Notes: generated by a model from the sequence alone, not told the origin. A stretch of 64,000 nucleotides of DNA from Patescibacteria group bacterium (GCA_004322205.1 SCSN01000005.1:6642-70641); one strand, 5' to 3'; numbered from the stretch's first letter, positions 11,699-22,327 are shown. A program made the numbers and translations.

Positions 11699-13030
11699 TT
11701 AGGTGTTGTTCTCGCGACTGGTTGTGCGCTTCAAAACGTTTTTGTTTCGCAATAATCGATCGACCAAAGCCGAAGCGAAGACAACAAGTATCGGCAAAAG
11801 CGGAAACAAAAAGCTACTGAGGTGAGAAGCTCTCTGAAATGTTCTAAGTGCCGTAAAGCCGATGGCCGCGGCAGTCACATATCCGAGGTAGAGAAGAATC
11901 AAAATACCCCATCCGCCCAAGGAAAGTGAAAAGAGAGCGTATATTCCCAGCATTAAAAGCGCCCAATGAAGAAAAGTGAACGTTCCCTTGAGACTCATAA
12001 CCGTCAACAACTCTTGGGGTAAACGCCGTTCCTTAATGCTCTTTAGGGCTACTTCCCGGTAAGAAAAGTCGGCATCCCGATCAACCAGCCAGAGATTGTA
12101 CGGGAACAAATACATTCTTTTTAGGCCGGAGAGAAGTGTTGAGGACTTTGAAAGAACTTTTGCTAGAGAGCTCAACTGATTAGGCGAGATGAGCCCTAAC
12201 TCGCCCTTCGCGACAATCTGCACTTTGTGTATCTCGTCGGATACTTGAAAGTTACGGTAAGTCCATGGGGCTAATACGGCAAAGTAGGCTAAAATTAAAA
12301 GAAAAGTAAGGAGTCCGGTCTTTTTAAACCTCGTTAGAAATCCGCGCCCCTTCGGAGCGGCGGCAGCCATTTGGGAGTGGTTTATTTCTAACGAGGTAAG
12401 AAAGGGAGAGGTAAACTTCATCACAATAGAGCGGCCAACTAGCCAAATAAAAAAAACTAAAGGAACGTAAAATCCAATCGATTTAGTCAGAGTGGCAAAT
12501 CCCAAGAAAGCTCCCGAAGCAAGCGCCGACCTCAAACTCCCTCTCTCAACCAACCTAATAAAAAAGAACAGCCCGAAAATAGAAAGAGTAGTGTAGAGTA
12601 ACACACTACTTCCATAATCAAGCGTTTGCAGTAAAAACGGCGGCCAGAGAGCGGTAACTACTCCTGCCGCAAGCGCCGTGCGTTTTACAAAAAGTTCTCG
12701 CCCGATAAGATAGCTGGCCACTGCAAGAAGAGCGCCCAAGATTACCTGCGCGCCGACAACAACGACAGGCGAGGTTCCGAAGATAAAATAGAGCGCAGCA
12801 AGAAATATAGCGAAGCCGGGATTAATATTCGGCGAACCGTAAGTTTTTGCCGGCTCGCCGGCAAAGTCGCCCTGCACCAACAACGATTTTGCCATGCGAT
12901 CAAAAAGCGGAAAATCGCCGCCAGAAGGATCAACCGGACTAAAAAGTAGTACCGTGGCAATCCGGACAACAATCGCAAGAAGTACAATTAATACAATCGG
13001 TCGAGAAAATATTATTCTGATTTTATACAT
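11699..13030 (-). CDS. GT39/ArnT-like multi-pass membrane glycosyltransferase
   Basis: Many TM segments, PGFAIFLA, ASGAFLGFATLTK, PWTYRN. Confidence 0.75.
   Translation of the reverse strand: MYKIRIIFSRPIVLIVLLAIVVRIATVLLFSPVDPSGGDFPLFDRMAKSLLVQGDFAGEPAKTYGSPNINPGFAIFLAALYFIFGTSPVVVVGAQVILGALLAVASYLIGRELFVKRTALAAGVVTALWPPFLLQTLDYGSSVLLYTTLSIFGLFFFIRLVERGSLRSALASGAFLGFATLTKSIGFYVPLVFFIWLVGRSIVMKFTSPFLTSLEINHSQMAAAAPKGRGFLTRFKKTGLLTFLLILAYFAVLAPWTYRNFQVSDEIHKVQIVAKGELGLISPNQLSSLAKVLSKSSTLLSGLKRMYLFPYNLWLVDRDADFSYREVALKSIKERRLPQELLTVMSLKGTFTFLHWALLMLGIYALFSLSLGGWGILILLYLGYVTAAAIGFTALRTFQRASHLSSFLFPLLPILVVFASALVDRLLRNKNVLKRTTSRENNT
12328..12397. repeat. Miniature inverted-repeat element (ACCTCGTTAGAAAT...ATTTCTAACGAGGT) inside the GT39 CDS
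   Basis: Perfect 14-bp terminal inverted repeat; related ends (ACCCCGTTAGAA/TTCTAACGGGGT) at 45606-45717. Confidence 0.7.
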
Positions 13031-14100
13031 GACCGAAAGCTAGCCTCGTATAACTTTAAATACTTTTCTTTGTATCTCAACTCAAGATTAACTATTGTCT
13101 GGTATGCTGACTTGCTAAGCATCTCTCTTTTTTTTGGGTTTCGGTAAAGATCTTCAATTGCGGCAACAACAGCCGCCTCGTCTCCTACCGGCACTACAAT
13201 ACCGTTCTTACCATTTTCAACTATTTCCCCAGCCAAGCCAACGTCGCTCATTATTATAGGTGTTCCGGACGCCATGGCCTCAATCACTGTTCGGGCCCAC
13301 CCCTCGTATACTGAGGTCAGAAGAAACAGATCGGCGGTCTTGTAGTAGGAAACTAGATCGTCGCTCCAAGATTCAAACGCGACGTTGACGCGAATATCCT
13401 CGCTTTCTTTCTTAAGCCGCCCCTCAAGAGGGCCGGAGCCGACAATCAAAAGTCCGAGCCGGGGATACTTTTTGCTTAGTTGACGTACCGCCCGAATCGC
13501 AAGAGAAATATTTTTTTGCCCAAAAAGGCGACAGGCCATCAGAATTATAAAATCGAAATGGGGATATTTTTTGTGTAAATTAACCTTCGCCTTCCCGTTC
13601 AAATAACGATCGAGGTCTACGTATACAGGAAGAACCGAGACCTGTGGAGCAGACAGTTTCATGGTTTCCATGATGTATCTTTTTATGCCCTCGGAAACCA
13701 CGCGTATGCAGTCGGCGCGCGAGATGAGAAACTTTGCCATCAGCACAAAGAGCTTGTTTTTCAGCGACTCCGACCAAAAGTATGGAGTGAATACGCCGGT
13801 ATGTATCTGGAGTTGTAGCGGAAGATTAAATTCTTTAGCAAGCAAATAAGCAACAATTCCGCAGACAAAAGGATCTTGTGCGGTGATAATGTTAAACGAT
13901 TCGCGTTTAATTCTTCTTCTTCCCTCAAACCAAGCTTTGAGTACGTTTTGTAATTTACGGGCCGGTGATTTTTTATACGTATTTAAAGAAATAATCGAAA
14001 GTTTCTCTAAAACCCTCACATAGAGAGCCATGCGTTGATTAACCTCGCTGTCCGGATCCACCAAGTTTGGATCCATACTAATCATTAGGACTCTCATCAT
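13012..14100 (-). CDS. GT4 glycosyltransferase
   Basis: YEGWARTVIEAMASGTP, IVGSGP. Confidence 0.9.
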   Translation of the reverse strand: MMRVLMISMDPNLVDPDSEVNQRMALYVRVLEKLSIISLNTYKKSPARKLQNVLKAWFEGRRRIKRESFNIITAQDPFVCGIVAYLLAKEFNLPLQLQIHTGVFTPYFWSESLKNKLFVLMAKFLISRADCIRVVSEGIKRYIMETMKLSAPQVSVLPVYVDLDRYLNGKAKVNLHKKYPHFDFIILMACRLFGQKNISLAIRAVRQLSKKYPRLGLLIVGSGPLEGRLKKESEDIRVNVAFESWSDDLVSYYKTADLFLLTSVYEGWARTVIEAMASGTPIIMSDVGLAGEIVENGKNGIVVPVGDEAAVVAAIEDLYRNPKKREMLSKSAYQTIVNLELRYKEKYLKLYEASFRSCIKSE

Positions 14101-14298
14101 GTACGAAATAAAAATTTATAATCTTTGTTTCGACTTCGCTCGGATGCACTGTAAACAAGTTTCCACGCATCTCTCGCTCGTCGAAATAGGAAATATCCAG
14201 ATTCCCGTAGGTTATTGTTAAGACTTTGTCCTGTCATTGTACTCCATTACTGAATCCATCGCTTCTCAACTTCATAACCGAGCAATTTTGTACGAGAC

Positions 14299-15444
14299 TC
14301 ATGAAAAAAGAAGTTTTGTTATGGCATCTAGCATGCGCTCCCCACCAAACTCCTTGGCTCGCTCCTTCCCGCACCGTGAGAGCTTTGCCGAGAGCCTCCT
14401 ATTTTCAAGAACCTTGAGAATAGCCTCAAGCAAGGGCCCGCTTTCGCCCGGCGGCACCAAGAGCCCACTCTTCCCGTCTTCAACAATCTCCGCATTACCT
14501 CCGGCATCAGTCGCAACTGTCGGCACGCTGAGAGATAACACCTCAAGCAACTGGTGCGAGAAACCTTCATAGGAACTATTCAAAACAAAAACGTCAGAAG
14601 CCTGAATATGCTCCAGCGCTTCTTTTCTCGGAAGTCTCCCGGTGAAAAACACTTTCCCGCTGATGCCTAAGCGCGCGGCAAGACTCTCGAGGCGCGCGCG
14701 GTCAGGCCCGTCGCCAATTAAAACCAGCCGCGCCTCGCGATAACTCTCGAGGAGACGGGGGAAAACGCGCAGCAGACCGTCAAACCCCTTCCAAGGCACG
14801 AAACGGCCGGCACTTGCAAGAATTGGACCGCTCCAACTAAATCTCTTTCTCAATGATTCCTTTGAATCTAAAACTTTGACTTGTTCCGCGGCATTATAAA
14901 TGACGACAATTCGCTCCTCTGCTATACCCCAATTTGAAACAATGTTTTTGAGATAGCGGCTCGGCACAACAACCCTCTCGGCTCTCGAAGCTACAAAACA
15001 CTGGACTCGTTTGAGCACTGCTACAAGAAGCGGATAGCCTTCACTTCTTTTTGAAAAAACGTCGAGCGAGTCGGTAATACCGGCGCGCTGAACACCCTGC
15101 TCCCAAGCATAATCGCCGACAATTTTTAAAAAGAATCTCTTGCCAAGAATTCTGGCGGCAAGAAGGGATGGGAGTCCAACAGAAACCGGATCCTGGGCAT
15201 AGACAATGTCCGCCCCAATACTTTTCAGCACCACAAGTAGAAAATAAGCAAGGTGACTTAAAAGTTTGGGTAAGAAAGAGATCGAGCTGAATTTCGCCAG
15301 AGAAACTTCAAACCCGCGGCCGGGAAGATACTCAAAGAGGATCTTACTGTAAGTTGCCGGACCACCCGCTTGAGGCGGAAAAAGCGGGGTGGAAATAAGA
15401 ATTTTTGGCTTTTCCACCTTTATTTTCCGTGCTAAAATTGCCAT
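14299..15444 (-). CDS. GT4 glycosyltransferase
   Basis: PPQAGGPATY, GRFVPWKG, YEGFSHQLLE. Confidence 0.9.
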   Translation of the reverse strand: MAILARKIKVEKPKILISTPLFPPQAGGPATYSKILFEYLPGRGFEVSLAKFSSISFLPKLLSHLAYFLLVVLKSIGADIVYAQDPVSVGLPSLLAARILGKRFFLKIVGDYAWEQGVQRAGITDSLDVFSKRSEGYPLLVAVLKRVQCFVASRAERVVVPSRYLKNIVSNWGIAEERIVVIYNAAEQVKVLDSKESLRKRFSWSGPILASAGRFVPWKGFDGLLRVFPRLLESYREARLVLIGDGPDRARLESLAARLGISGKVFFTGRLPRKEALEHIQASDVFVLNSSYEGFSHQLLEVLSLSVPTVATDAGGNAEIVEDGKSGLLVPPGESGPLLEAILKVLENRRLSAKLSRCGKERAKEFGGERMLDAITKLLFS

Positions 15445-15473
15445 TCATTACAGTTAACCACACCAATTCATTC

Positions 15474-16291
15474 ATGGAAACCCCCCAAATAACAATTTAT
15501 GGCTTCGGCTACGTCGGGAAGACACTCTGGCAGTTTCTCAAAGAGCACTACGCTCTTCAGGTTTTTGACCCTGGAGTCAAAAACCTTGCAGTAAAGAACA
15601 ACCGCGAAGAACTAGTGGACACACCTTACGCAGTCATCTGCGTACCTACCCCGCCGCAAAAAGACGGCTCGTGTGACATTTCTATCGTCGAAGAGACAGT
15701 GAAAAAATCAAATCATGAGTTTTACCTCATTAAATCAACCGTCGCTCCTGGCACCACGGCGCGTCTCGTCAAAGAGACAGGTAAAAAAATTGCCTTCAGC
15801 CCGGAATATCTCGGAGAGGGGAAATACGAAATCCCTTTTTGGAAAGACCTGCCCCATCCAACAAACATGAAACTGCATCAATTTCACATTTTCGGAGGCG
15901 AAAGAGAAACAACCAGAAAATGGCTGGAAATCTGGCAAAAAGTTTCTGGTTGGGGACCAACATACGCCCAAAAACTGACAGTACCACTGCCGAACTGGCA
16001 AAATACATGGAAAACGCCTTCCTAGCGACCAAAAAAATTTTCTGTGACGAATTTTACGATATCGCCCGGTCATTCGACGTCGACTATAACGAACTCAAAG
16101 AGCTCTGGCTGCTTGACGGCCGGATGGGAAGAGCGATGACTCTAATTTACCCTGAAGCGCGCGGTTTTGGCGGTAGATGCCTCCCAAAGGACGTGAGTGC
16201 CATAATTAAACACTCGGAAAAATGGGGACACACTCCAAAGTTACTGAAACAAGTCTTGTCTCTGAACAAAGAACTTAAAAAAGAAAACTGA
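15474..16291 (+). pseudogene. UDP-glucose/GDP-mannose dehydrogenase family protein split by a frameshift at ~15970-15974
   Basis: Frame 1 has GFGYVG, CVPTP, IKSTV.PG, FSPEYL; the overlapping frame continues AELAKYMENAFLATK...GFGGRCLPKD; junction lies in an A5 run. Confidence 0.8.
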
Positions 16292-16308
16292 GACTACCGT
16301 AGTAAAAG

Positions 16309-17493
16309 CTATTCGGCAAGCGAACGAAACACCTTCGTCATGGCATCGGCAATCACAGACCAATCGTATTGCCGGCGCACCATTTCTTTTGCATTTTTAA
16401 CGATCTGTTCTGTAAGTTCTGTATTTTGTAAATACTCCTGCACTTTTTCCGCAATGCTTTTAGGATTACCCACCTCGCAAAAAAGTCCCGTCTCACCGTC
16501 ATGCAGGAAATCAACTATACCGCCAACAGGAGTGGCGATGACAGGGATTCCTGCCGCCATAGCTTCAACAAAGGAACTGCCCATGCCTTCGGAGCGCGAC
16601 GGTCGGACAAAAATATCAGAGATTTGAAGGTAGAGAGGGACATCAGTTTGTTTAACATAGCCGAGGAAAACCACCCGCTCGGCAACCCGGAGACGGCGGG
16701 CCAGCTCTTTGAGCTTCAACTCTTCCTGCCCCTGCCCTAGGATAAGCAGCTTGAAAGTCGAGGGTAAGAAAGTGATGGCACTAATGATGTCACCAACAGC
16801 ATTCTTCTCTTCTAGACGCGAAGTGGTAATAAGAAAAATATCGCCGGTTTTTTTGTTGAGCTTATGTTTCAGAGCACGTATCTCTTCTTCGCGGCGAGGC
16901 TGCGAAAAACGTCTTACATCAACACCATTGGGCACAACCTCCAACGACCCGTGATAGCCCATCTCCCGCGCGATTTGCGCCAGGTAGTTCGAGATTGCTT
17001 GTATGGCATCAGCCGAGAGAAAAATTTTCCGGTACAAGAACAAGAGCGGACCAACCCGTCGCTTATAGTGCTCGATCGGATCACCTTCTTGGAGAGTTAA
17101 AAGAAACGGAACCGAGGAGTGCCAAATTTTAAAAAAAAGAGCGGCGAAGCCGGCGTAGTTCGCTTGAATGCTCCAGATTGCATCGTAGCGATGCCTAGCA
17201 TAAAGCTTCCGGGCAAAAAGCGCCCCGAGAAAAGGGAATAAATACTTGTTGTAGTGGAGGGGGAAGCGTCTCACATCCCCGACGACAGGATTGCGCCCGG
17301 TAAAGCCGAGGCGGTGCACTAGAACATTGCCGACACGCTCGAGGCGTGGCAGAGACGAGTCAAACCGAAGTGTCACCATATGAAACTCAATCTCGTCGGG
17401 CGCTATGCGATCTGTAATTTCTTTGACGGCAAGCTCTGCTCCGCCCATGAAACGGTTATCGTAGATTGAAGAAAAGATAAGAATTCTCCTCAT
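16309..17493 (-). CDS. GT4 glycosyltransferase
   Basis: GGAE, VPNGVD, SEGMGSSFVEAMAAG. Confidence 0.9.
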   Translation of the reverse strand: MRRILIFSSIYDNRFMGGAELAVKEITDRIAPDEIEFHMVTLRFDSSLPRLERVGNVLVHRLGFTGRNPVVGDVRRFPLHYNKYLFPFLGALFARKLYARHRYDAIWSIQANYAGFAALFFKIWHSSVPFLLTLQEGDPIEHYKRRVGPLLFLYRKIFLSADAIQAISNYLAQIAREMGYHGSLEVVPNGVDVRRFSQPRREEEIRALKHKLNKKTGDIFLITTSRLEEKNAVGDIISAITFLPSTFKLLILGQGQEELKLKELARRLRVAERVVFLGYVKQTDVPLYLQISDIFVRPSRSEGMGSSFVEAMAAGIPVIATPVGGIVDFLHDGETGLFCEVGNPKSIAEKVQEYLQNTELTEQIVKNAKEMVRRQYDWSVIADAMTKVFRSLAE

Positions 17494-17552
17494 GAAATGA
17501 GTATATGGAGTCACTGTGCCTAGTCAACCCCGTAGTGAAAAATGACGCTGTG

Positions 17553-19310
17553 CTATTCACGCGCCTCTGGCGAGGCGTCATTTTCTATTACAGGGTCAAC
17601 ATGAAGGAGCTTTTTGAGTTCTTCTTCCGAAACTCCGTGTGGTCGGGGCCGTGTCCCGGAGGCAGCCGCTGATGAGTCCTCTTTTTGACTGTCGGCGGTC
17701 TCCGAAACGTTTTTAATTTCCTGATCTCTGACTTCCGCTTGTTGTTGTTTATTGGTTGGTGGTTGCTGGTTGGTTATAGCGGCAAGGGCGACGCGCAGCT
17801 CAGAGAGATGCTCCGGGCTAGGCTCTTTTTTCTTCTTCGGCTGGCGCAGCGCTCCAAGCGGAATCGGCGCTCTCTCACCCCCTTTCTTCTCTTTCTGTCC
17901 TTCTTCCTGTACTCTCTCGGCGCTCATGAGATCTTCAAAAACCTTTCTTTTCTCCCTCTTGAAATCTGTGAAGTCTGTCCTGCGAGGTTCTTTCCGTTTA
18001 TTCAGCTCGGGAGTGAGATGCTCCTCCTCGTGCCACTTTAGAATCTCCGCCTCCACCAGAGCGCGCGGGCGGGCAAAGTTTACTCGAGAATGGTCGATGA
18101 TTTGCTCCTTGAGACTCGCTGGCGGCTTGTCCATGGGCGGCAAGGTCGTCGCAGAAAATGGCGAGGAGGAAACGCCGTCAATCATGAGTTTAAGATAAAT
18201 CTGGGCGAAACCGAGGTTGACTAAATCCTCGGCCGTAAAAGTAGGGGCAAATTCTTTCTCCAGTACTTCGGCGTCGTAGGCACCCACCCGGAAGGTAACC
18301 ATTGTCCCGACGTTACCGAAGACTGCTGCTCTCACCTCTTCTGACATTTGTTCAATATACTGGTGAGCGATAGTCAGATTGAGTTTATATTTGCGCGCCT
18401 CGGAGAGAATATCGGCAAATGATTCATTGGCAAATGACTGAAACTCATCAACAAAAAGGTTGAAACTAGGCAAGCCGGCAAGCAGGGACTCGCTGGCATC
18501 AGCTCGGGAGAGTGCCGCCAGATAAATTTTAGTGATAAGCATGCTGCCGAGGAGATTGGCGTTGGTCTCTCCCACTCGCCCCTTGGAGAGATTGATGATA
18601 AAAACTTTGCCCTCGTCCATGACCTTGCGGAAATCAAAGGTGGAGCGGGGCTGGCCGATGATATTGCGCACCAGCGGGTTCGAAATGAACTGACCGACTT
18701 TATTCTGGATAGCGGGTGTGGCTTCTTGAGTATAGCGATCGGTGTATTTGGCAAATTCATCCACCCAGAAAGCTCTGACTGCCGGGTCGGTAATATGCGC
18801 TACCACCTTGCTCCGATAGCCCTTATCGGCAAGCATTCGGTTAATGCTAATGAGCGTCGAGTCGGGGTATTCAAGAAGGGCCAGGATAGTGTTTGAGAGA
18901 ATGTATTCCATGCGGGCGCTCCAGGCATCCACCCAAATTTTCTTAAAGGCGGAGAGAAGACCGCTCGAGACAAGATGGCGCTTGTCGGCACCGACGTCCT
19001 CCATGACATTAAAAGAAATTGGATAGTCAGTGTCAAAGGGAGCAAAGTAGATAACATCTCGAAGACGATGCTCGGGCACATAATCGAGCAGAAACTCGGC
19101 GGTCTTGCCGTGCGGATCGACAAATGCCAGCCCTTCGCCGTTCTGGATATCCTGAACGGCCATGTTTTCAAGGAGCGTGGATTTACCCATCCCTGTTTTT
19201 CCGATGACGTAAACGTGGCGCGTCCGGTCTTTGGCTTTAATGCCAAATTTGACCCTCTTATTGCGGGCATCGGTCTCGCCAACATATGTCACTCGTTCTG
19301 GGTCGTACAT
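17553..19310 (-). CDS. VirB4/TraD-like (type IV coupling-protein family) ATPase
   Basis: Walker A GKTGMGKS, DPHG, Walker B LFVDEFQ, EARKY, AHQY; charged low-complexity tail. Confidence 0.85.
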   Translation of the reverse strand: MYDPERVTYVGETDARNKRVKFGIKAKDRTRHVYVIGKTGMGKSTLLENMAVQDIQNGEGLAFVDPHGKTAEFLLDYVPEHRLRDVIYFAPFDTDYPISFNVMEDVGADKRHLVSSGLLSAFKKIWVDAWSARMEYILSNTILALLEYPDSTLISINRMLADKGYRSKVVAHITDPAVRAFWVDEFAKYTDRYTQEATPAIQNKVGQFISNPLVRNIIGQPRSTFDFRKVMDEGKVFIINLSKGRVGETNANLLGSMLITKIYLAALSRADASESLLAGLPSFNLFVDEFQSFANESFADILSEARKYKLNLTIAHQYIEQMSEEVRAAVFGNVGTMVTFRVGAYDAEVLEKEFAPTFTAEDLVNLGFAQIYLKLMIDGVSSSPFSATTLPPMDKPPASLKEQIIDHSRVNFARPRALVEAEILKWHEEEHLTPELNKRKEPRRTDFTDFKREKRKVFEDLMSAERVQEEGQKEKKGGERAPIPLGALRQPKKKKEPSPEHLSELRVALAAITNQQPPTNKQQQAEVRDQEIKNVSETADSQKEDSSAAASGTRPRPHGVSEEELKKLLHVDPVIENDASPEARE

Positions 19311-19399
19311 AGAAAAGTTTCCCTAATTATACAACAGTTTATTGACAAAGCGCCTTAAACCTTTAGGATACTTGGCAGAACCTGCACGGGAGATGCGAC

Positions 19400-19864
19400 G
19401 TGGAGCAAAGAAATATTGCCGGCGTCGTCATTTTTCTGGTGTGGCGACATCGGTTCCTTATGATCCTCCGGGATAACAAGCCAGACATTCTCTTCCCCGG
19501 TACCTGGTGCCCTGTCACCGGAGGAAGAAACGATGAAGAGGACCTCGAACAGGCAGCGCTTCGTGAGCTTCGAGAGGAAATCGGCTTTGTCCCTCTCGAT
19601 CTCGCAACCCTCGGAATATCAATCAAGGGAAACGGCTTCTTCTTCGGAAGACTCACCGACAAAGAGCGCGGGGCCATCGTGCTTGGAGAAGGTCAGAAGT
19701 ATGACTTCTTCTCGTACGACGATCTTTTGACTCTAGACATTGGCGGGGCGATGAAGCCGTACCTTGAGAGACGCTCTCGAGTCTTCCGCAGGATGGCAGA
19801 GACAGGATTGCCACCGTTCGGCCGTGAACTCGGTCTTGCAACCTGGAACGGACGTCGTTCCTAG
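19400..19864 (+). CDS. NUDIX hydrolase
   Basis: GGRNDEEDLEQAALRELREEIG Nudix box; LRDNKP..FPGTW; own terminator at 19863-19893. Confidence 0.88.
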   Translation: MEQRNIAGVVIFLVWRHRFLMILRDNKPDILFPGTWCPVTGGRNDEEDLEQAALRELREEIGFVPLDLATLGISIKGNGFFFGRLTDKERGAIVLGEGQKYDFFSYDDLLTLDIGGAMKPYLERRSRVFRRMAETGLPPFGRELGLATWNGRRS

Positions 19865-19928
19865 AGAGAGCTTCTTGGGGCTCTCTCTTCTTTTTCATAT
19901 TCTTTAATATCGTGATACGCTAGCTTTC

Positions 19929-20594
19929 ATGCAAGCGGTTATTTTAGCGGCAGGTAAAGGTATTCGAATGGGAGAAGCGACAAAAAATTTCCCGAAAGTC
20001 CTGCTTTTATACAAAAACAAAACCCTGCTTCGTTGGAAATTGGACGCCCTACCAGATAACATTGACGAAGTTACAATAGTTGTCGGTCATGGCGGGGATC
20101 TCATCAAAAACGCAGTGAGCGGTGCTCATAACGGCAAAAGAATAACTTTTGTCGAAGAAAATGAAGCGAGGGGGACCGGGTTTGCTCTTTGGAAGACAAA
20201 AGAAGTCCTCGGGGAAAGATTTTTAGTTTTAATGGGAGACGACATCTATAGTCCGGAATCAATAAGAGAGGCGACCAAATACCCCTGGTCCATTACCGTG
20301 AAAAAAGTTAACAGGGATGATAATTCAAGCCGCGTGCTTCTTGACGATAACGCTAAATTTATTGATTTTGTTACTGCAGATAAATACAGAGAATTGAAAA
20401 GTGGTGGGGGGTTTGCCTTTACCGGGCTTTATAGTCTGGAAAAAGCAATATTTAAACACCCTCTTGCAAAAATGAAAACTAAAGATGAGTGGGGACTGCC
20501 GCAGACCCTTGTTCAAATCGCCCCCGACATTAATTTAAGAATATTAGAGACGAATTTTTGGATCCCGATCTCAACTCCTAGTGACTTAATTTAA
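19929..20594 (+). CDS. Sugar-phosphate nucleotidyltransferase (GlmU/RmlA N-terminal-like)
   Basis: AVILAAGKGIRM...PKVL, LMGDDIY. Confidence 0.85.
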   Translation: MQAVILAAGKGIRMGEATKNFPKVLLLYKNKTLLRWKLDALPDNIDEVTIVVGHGGDLIKNAVSGAHNGKRITFVEENEARGTGFALWKTKEVLGERFLVLMGDDIYSPESIREATKYPWSITVKKVNRDDNSSRVLLDDNAKFIDFVTADKYRELKSGGGFAFTGLYSLEKAIFKHPLAKMKTKDEWGLPQTLVQIAPDINLRILETNFWIPISTPSDLI

Positions 20595-20754
20595 CGATAT
20601 AATCCCCGATAAACAACGGTCAGACAAAAACTGTCCCCTGCGGTCGAGCAAAAGTTCTATGACGATAGTTTTTTCCACGCGAAATATTCCCCGCGTGTAG
20701 TGTATAGCAGCTACCGCAGCACAAAATCGATTCCGCAAACGAAAAGGGCGGCGC

Positions 20755-21126
20755 TCACCTGCCGCCCCACGAGCTCCGTCGCCAGAGGATTGTCGGTGCT
20801 GTCCAGCCCTGTTGAAACCGGCGGGTTTCTTGCCGCACATCCCGCTCCGGCGGAGAATAATCCCCTCGCGATTCGGCAACCTCAAGGTAGGTAATAAGAG
20901 CACCCAGCGTCTTCTGACTTCTGACTTGGAGAAAGAGCTGTTCCCCTGCTGCCGCTAGCTCCTCAGTCGAAGCATCATCAAAGTGCCACTGTGCTGCAAC
21001 TTCCTGGTGAACTTTTCTCATCAGGAAATCCCAAATTTCCATCTCATCGGTGATGAGACTTCTGGGGATTTTAGAGAGCGACGCCATCAGTTCGTAGACG
21101 TGCTCTCGAACCGTAAGCGCGCCCAT
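20755..21126 (-). CDS. Hypothetical protein (weak acyl-carrier-like pattern)
   Basis: AGGAG upstream of MGALTV; open frame of 123 aa. Confidence 0.45.
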   Translation of the reverse strand: MGALTVREHVYELMASLSKIPRSLITDEMEIWDFLMRKVHQEVAAQWHFDDASTEELAAAGEQLFLQVRSQKTLGALITYLEVAESRGDYSPPERDVRQETRRFQQGWTAPTILWRRSSWGGR

Positions 21127-21166
21127 ACACTCTCCTAGTAAGAACTTCTCTCGCCACTCTACACGC

Positions 21167-22327
21167 TTACTGTACACTCTGCAATGCCGCCCTGGTGTAG
21201 AGATTCCCAGCATCCCAGAGCATCCAGGAAGTCAGGCCCGCATCGTAAGTTGCCTGAATCTGGGCGCGGACCATCTCCGGCGTATAAGGCACAGGATAGT
21301 CGTTGTCCTGCAGCCATGGCCTAATCTGAATGCTGGTGCTAGCCACCGTATCGTTATAAGTTTTGAGGCGCATCAGGGCACTGTCGAGAGAGATTTTAAC
21401 AATCTGATACGGAACTGCGTTGACGTCGGCAAAACCCTTAAAACCGCTCGGGTAATGAGAGGGATAAACCATGGGGGAAAGATAATCAAAATACGGAAAG
21501 GCACTCTCCAGCACTTGCCCAATATTGAGATCGTCGGGATTTGTCGTTGTCATGCCAAAAAGATCGACGGAGAGAAGAATGGTAAGTGGCTTCAGCTGCC
21601 CGCTGATATAGACAAAAAAACTCTTGATGACATCGTTTTTAACCTGACCGTTGCTGTAGGGATAAGTGATATCAACCATGTTGCCGTCGGAAGGAAAGCG
21701 AATGTAGTCAAACTGAATTTCGTCAAAACCGGCGTTGTATGACTCTTTGGCAAGCGCCGCCAGATATTCCCACTGTTTTTTGGCGCCGGGATCAATCCAG
21801 GAAAGACCTTTGCGGTCACGCCAAATGCCGCCGTCGCTTAAGCGCTTGACGGCAAATTCCGGATGGAGTTTCACCATGTGGGGGTCCTGAAAGGCAGCGA
21901 TGCGCCCGATGACATAGACTCCCTTATCGTGGAGCGAGCCGATAAACTCGCGAAGGTCTTTGATTCGCCCGTCAGACGAACCGACCTTCCGAAGCTCCGG
22001 GTCTTCGACTTCAAAAGAGATCCTGCCGGTGTCGTCTTTAATATCAATGACAACTGTGTTTAGCTCTGTTTCGTCAAGAAGCAAAACGATATGATTGCGC
22101 AGCGACGGCGTGCCCGCTACCCAGCTTGTCATATACACACCTCTCACCGACTCGGGAGTGGCAAGATGGGTAACCACAAACTTCATTTCTTTCCCTCCTG
22201 CCGAGGCGTCTTGGGGGAGACTGTTGTCATACGAAACACTAAAGACCCTGGGCATGTAGAGCACCGCAAATAAAACAGCTAGCCCTACGGCCGCCCAACA
22301 CCACAGATGAAGATTTTTTCTTATCAT
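21167..22327 (-). CDS. Putative glycoside hydrolase (DUF4015-like)
   Basis: N-terminal TM, NTVVIDIKDDTG, GFDEIQFDYIRFP, PMVYPSHY, RPWLQD. Confidence 0.8.
   Translation of the reverse strand: MIRKNLHLWCWAAVGLAVLFAVLYMPRVFSVSYDNSLPQDASAGGKEMKFVVTHLATPESVRGVYMTSWVAGTPSLRNHIVLLLDETELNTVVIDIKDDTGRISFEVEDPELRKVGSSDGRIKDLREFIGSLHDKGVYVIGRIAAFQDPHMVKLHPEFAVKRLSDGGIWRDRKGLSWIDPGAKKQWEYLAALAKESYNAGFDEIQFDYIRFPSDGNMVDITYPYSNGQVKNDVIKSFFVYISGQLKPLTILLSVDLFGMTTTNPDDLNIGQVLESAFPYFDYLSPMVYPSHYPSGFKGFADVNAVPYQIVKISLDSALMRLKTYNDTVASTSIQIRPWLQDNDYPVPYTPEMVRAQIQATYDAGLTSWMLWDAGNLYTRAALQSVQ

Noticed and set aside
17553-19310. Conjugative element or T4SS locus
   Set aside because: A lone ATPase with no relaxase, VirB partners or integrase in the window; such stand-alone ATPases are common in CPR genomes.
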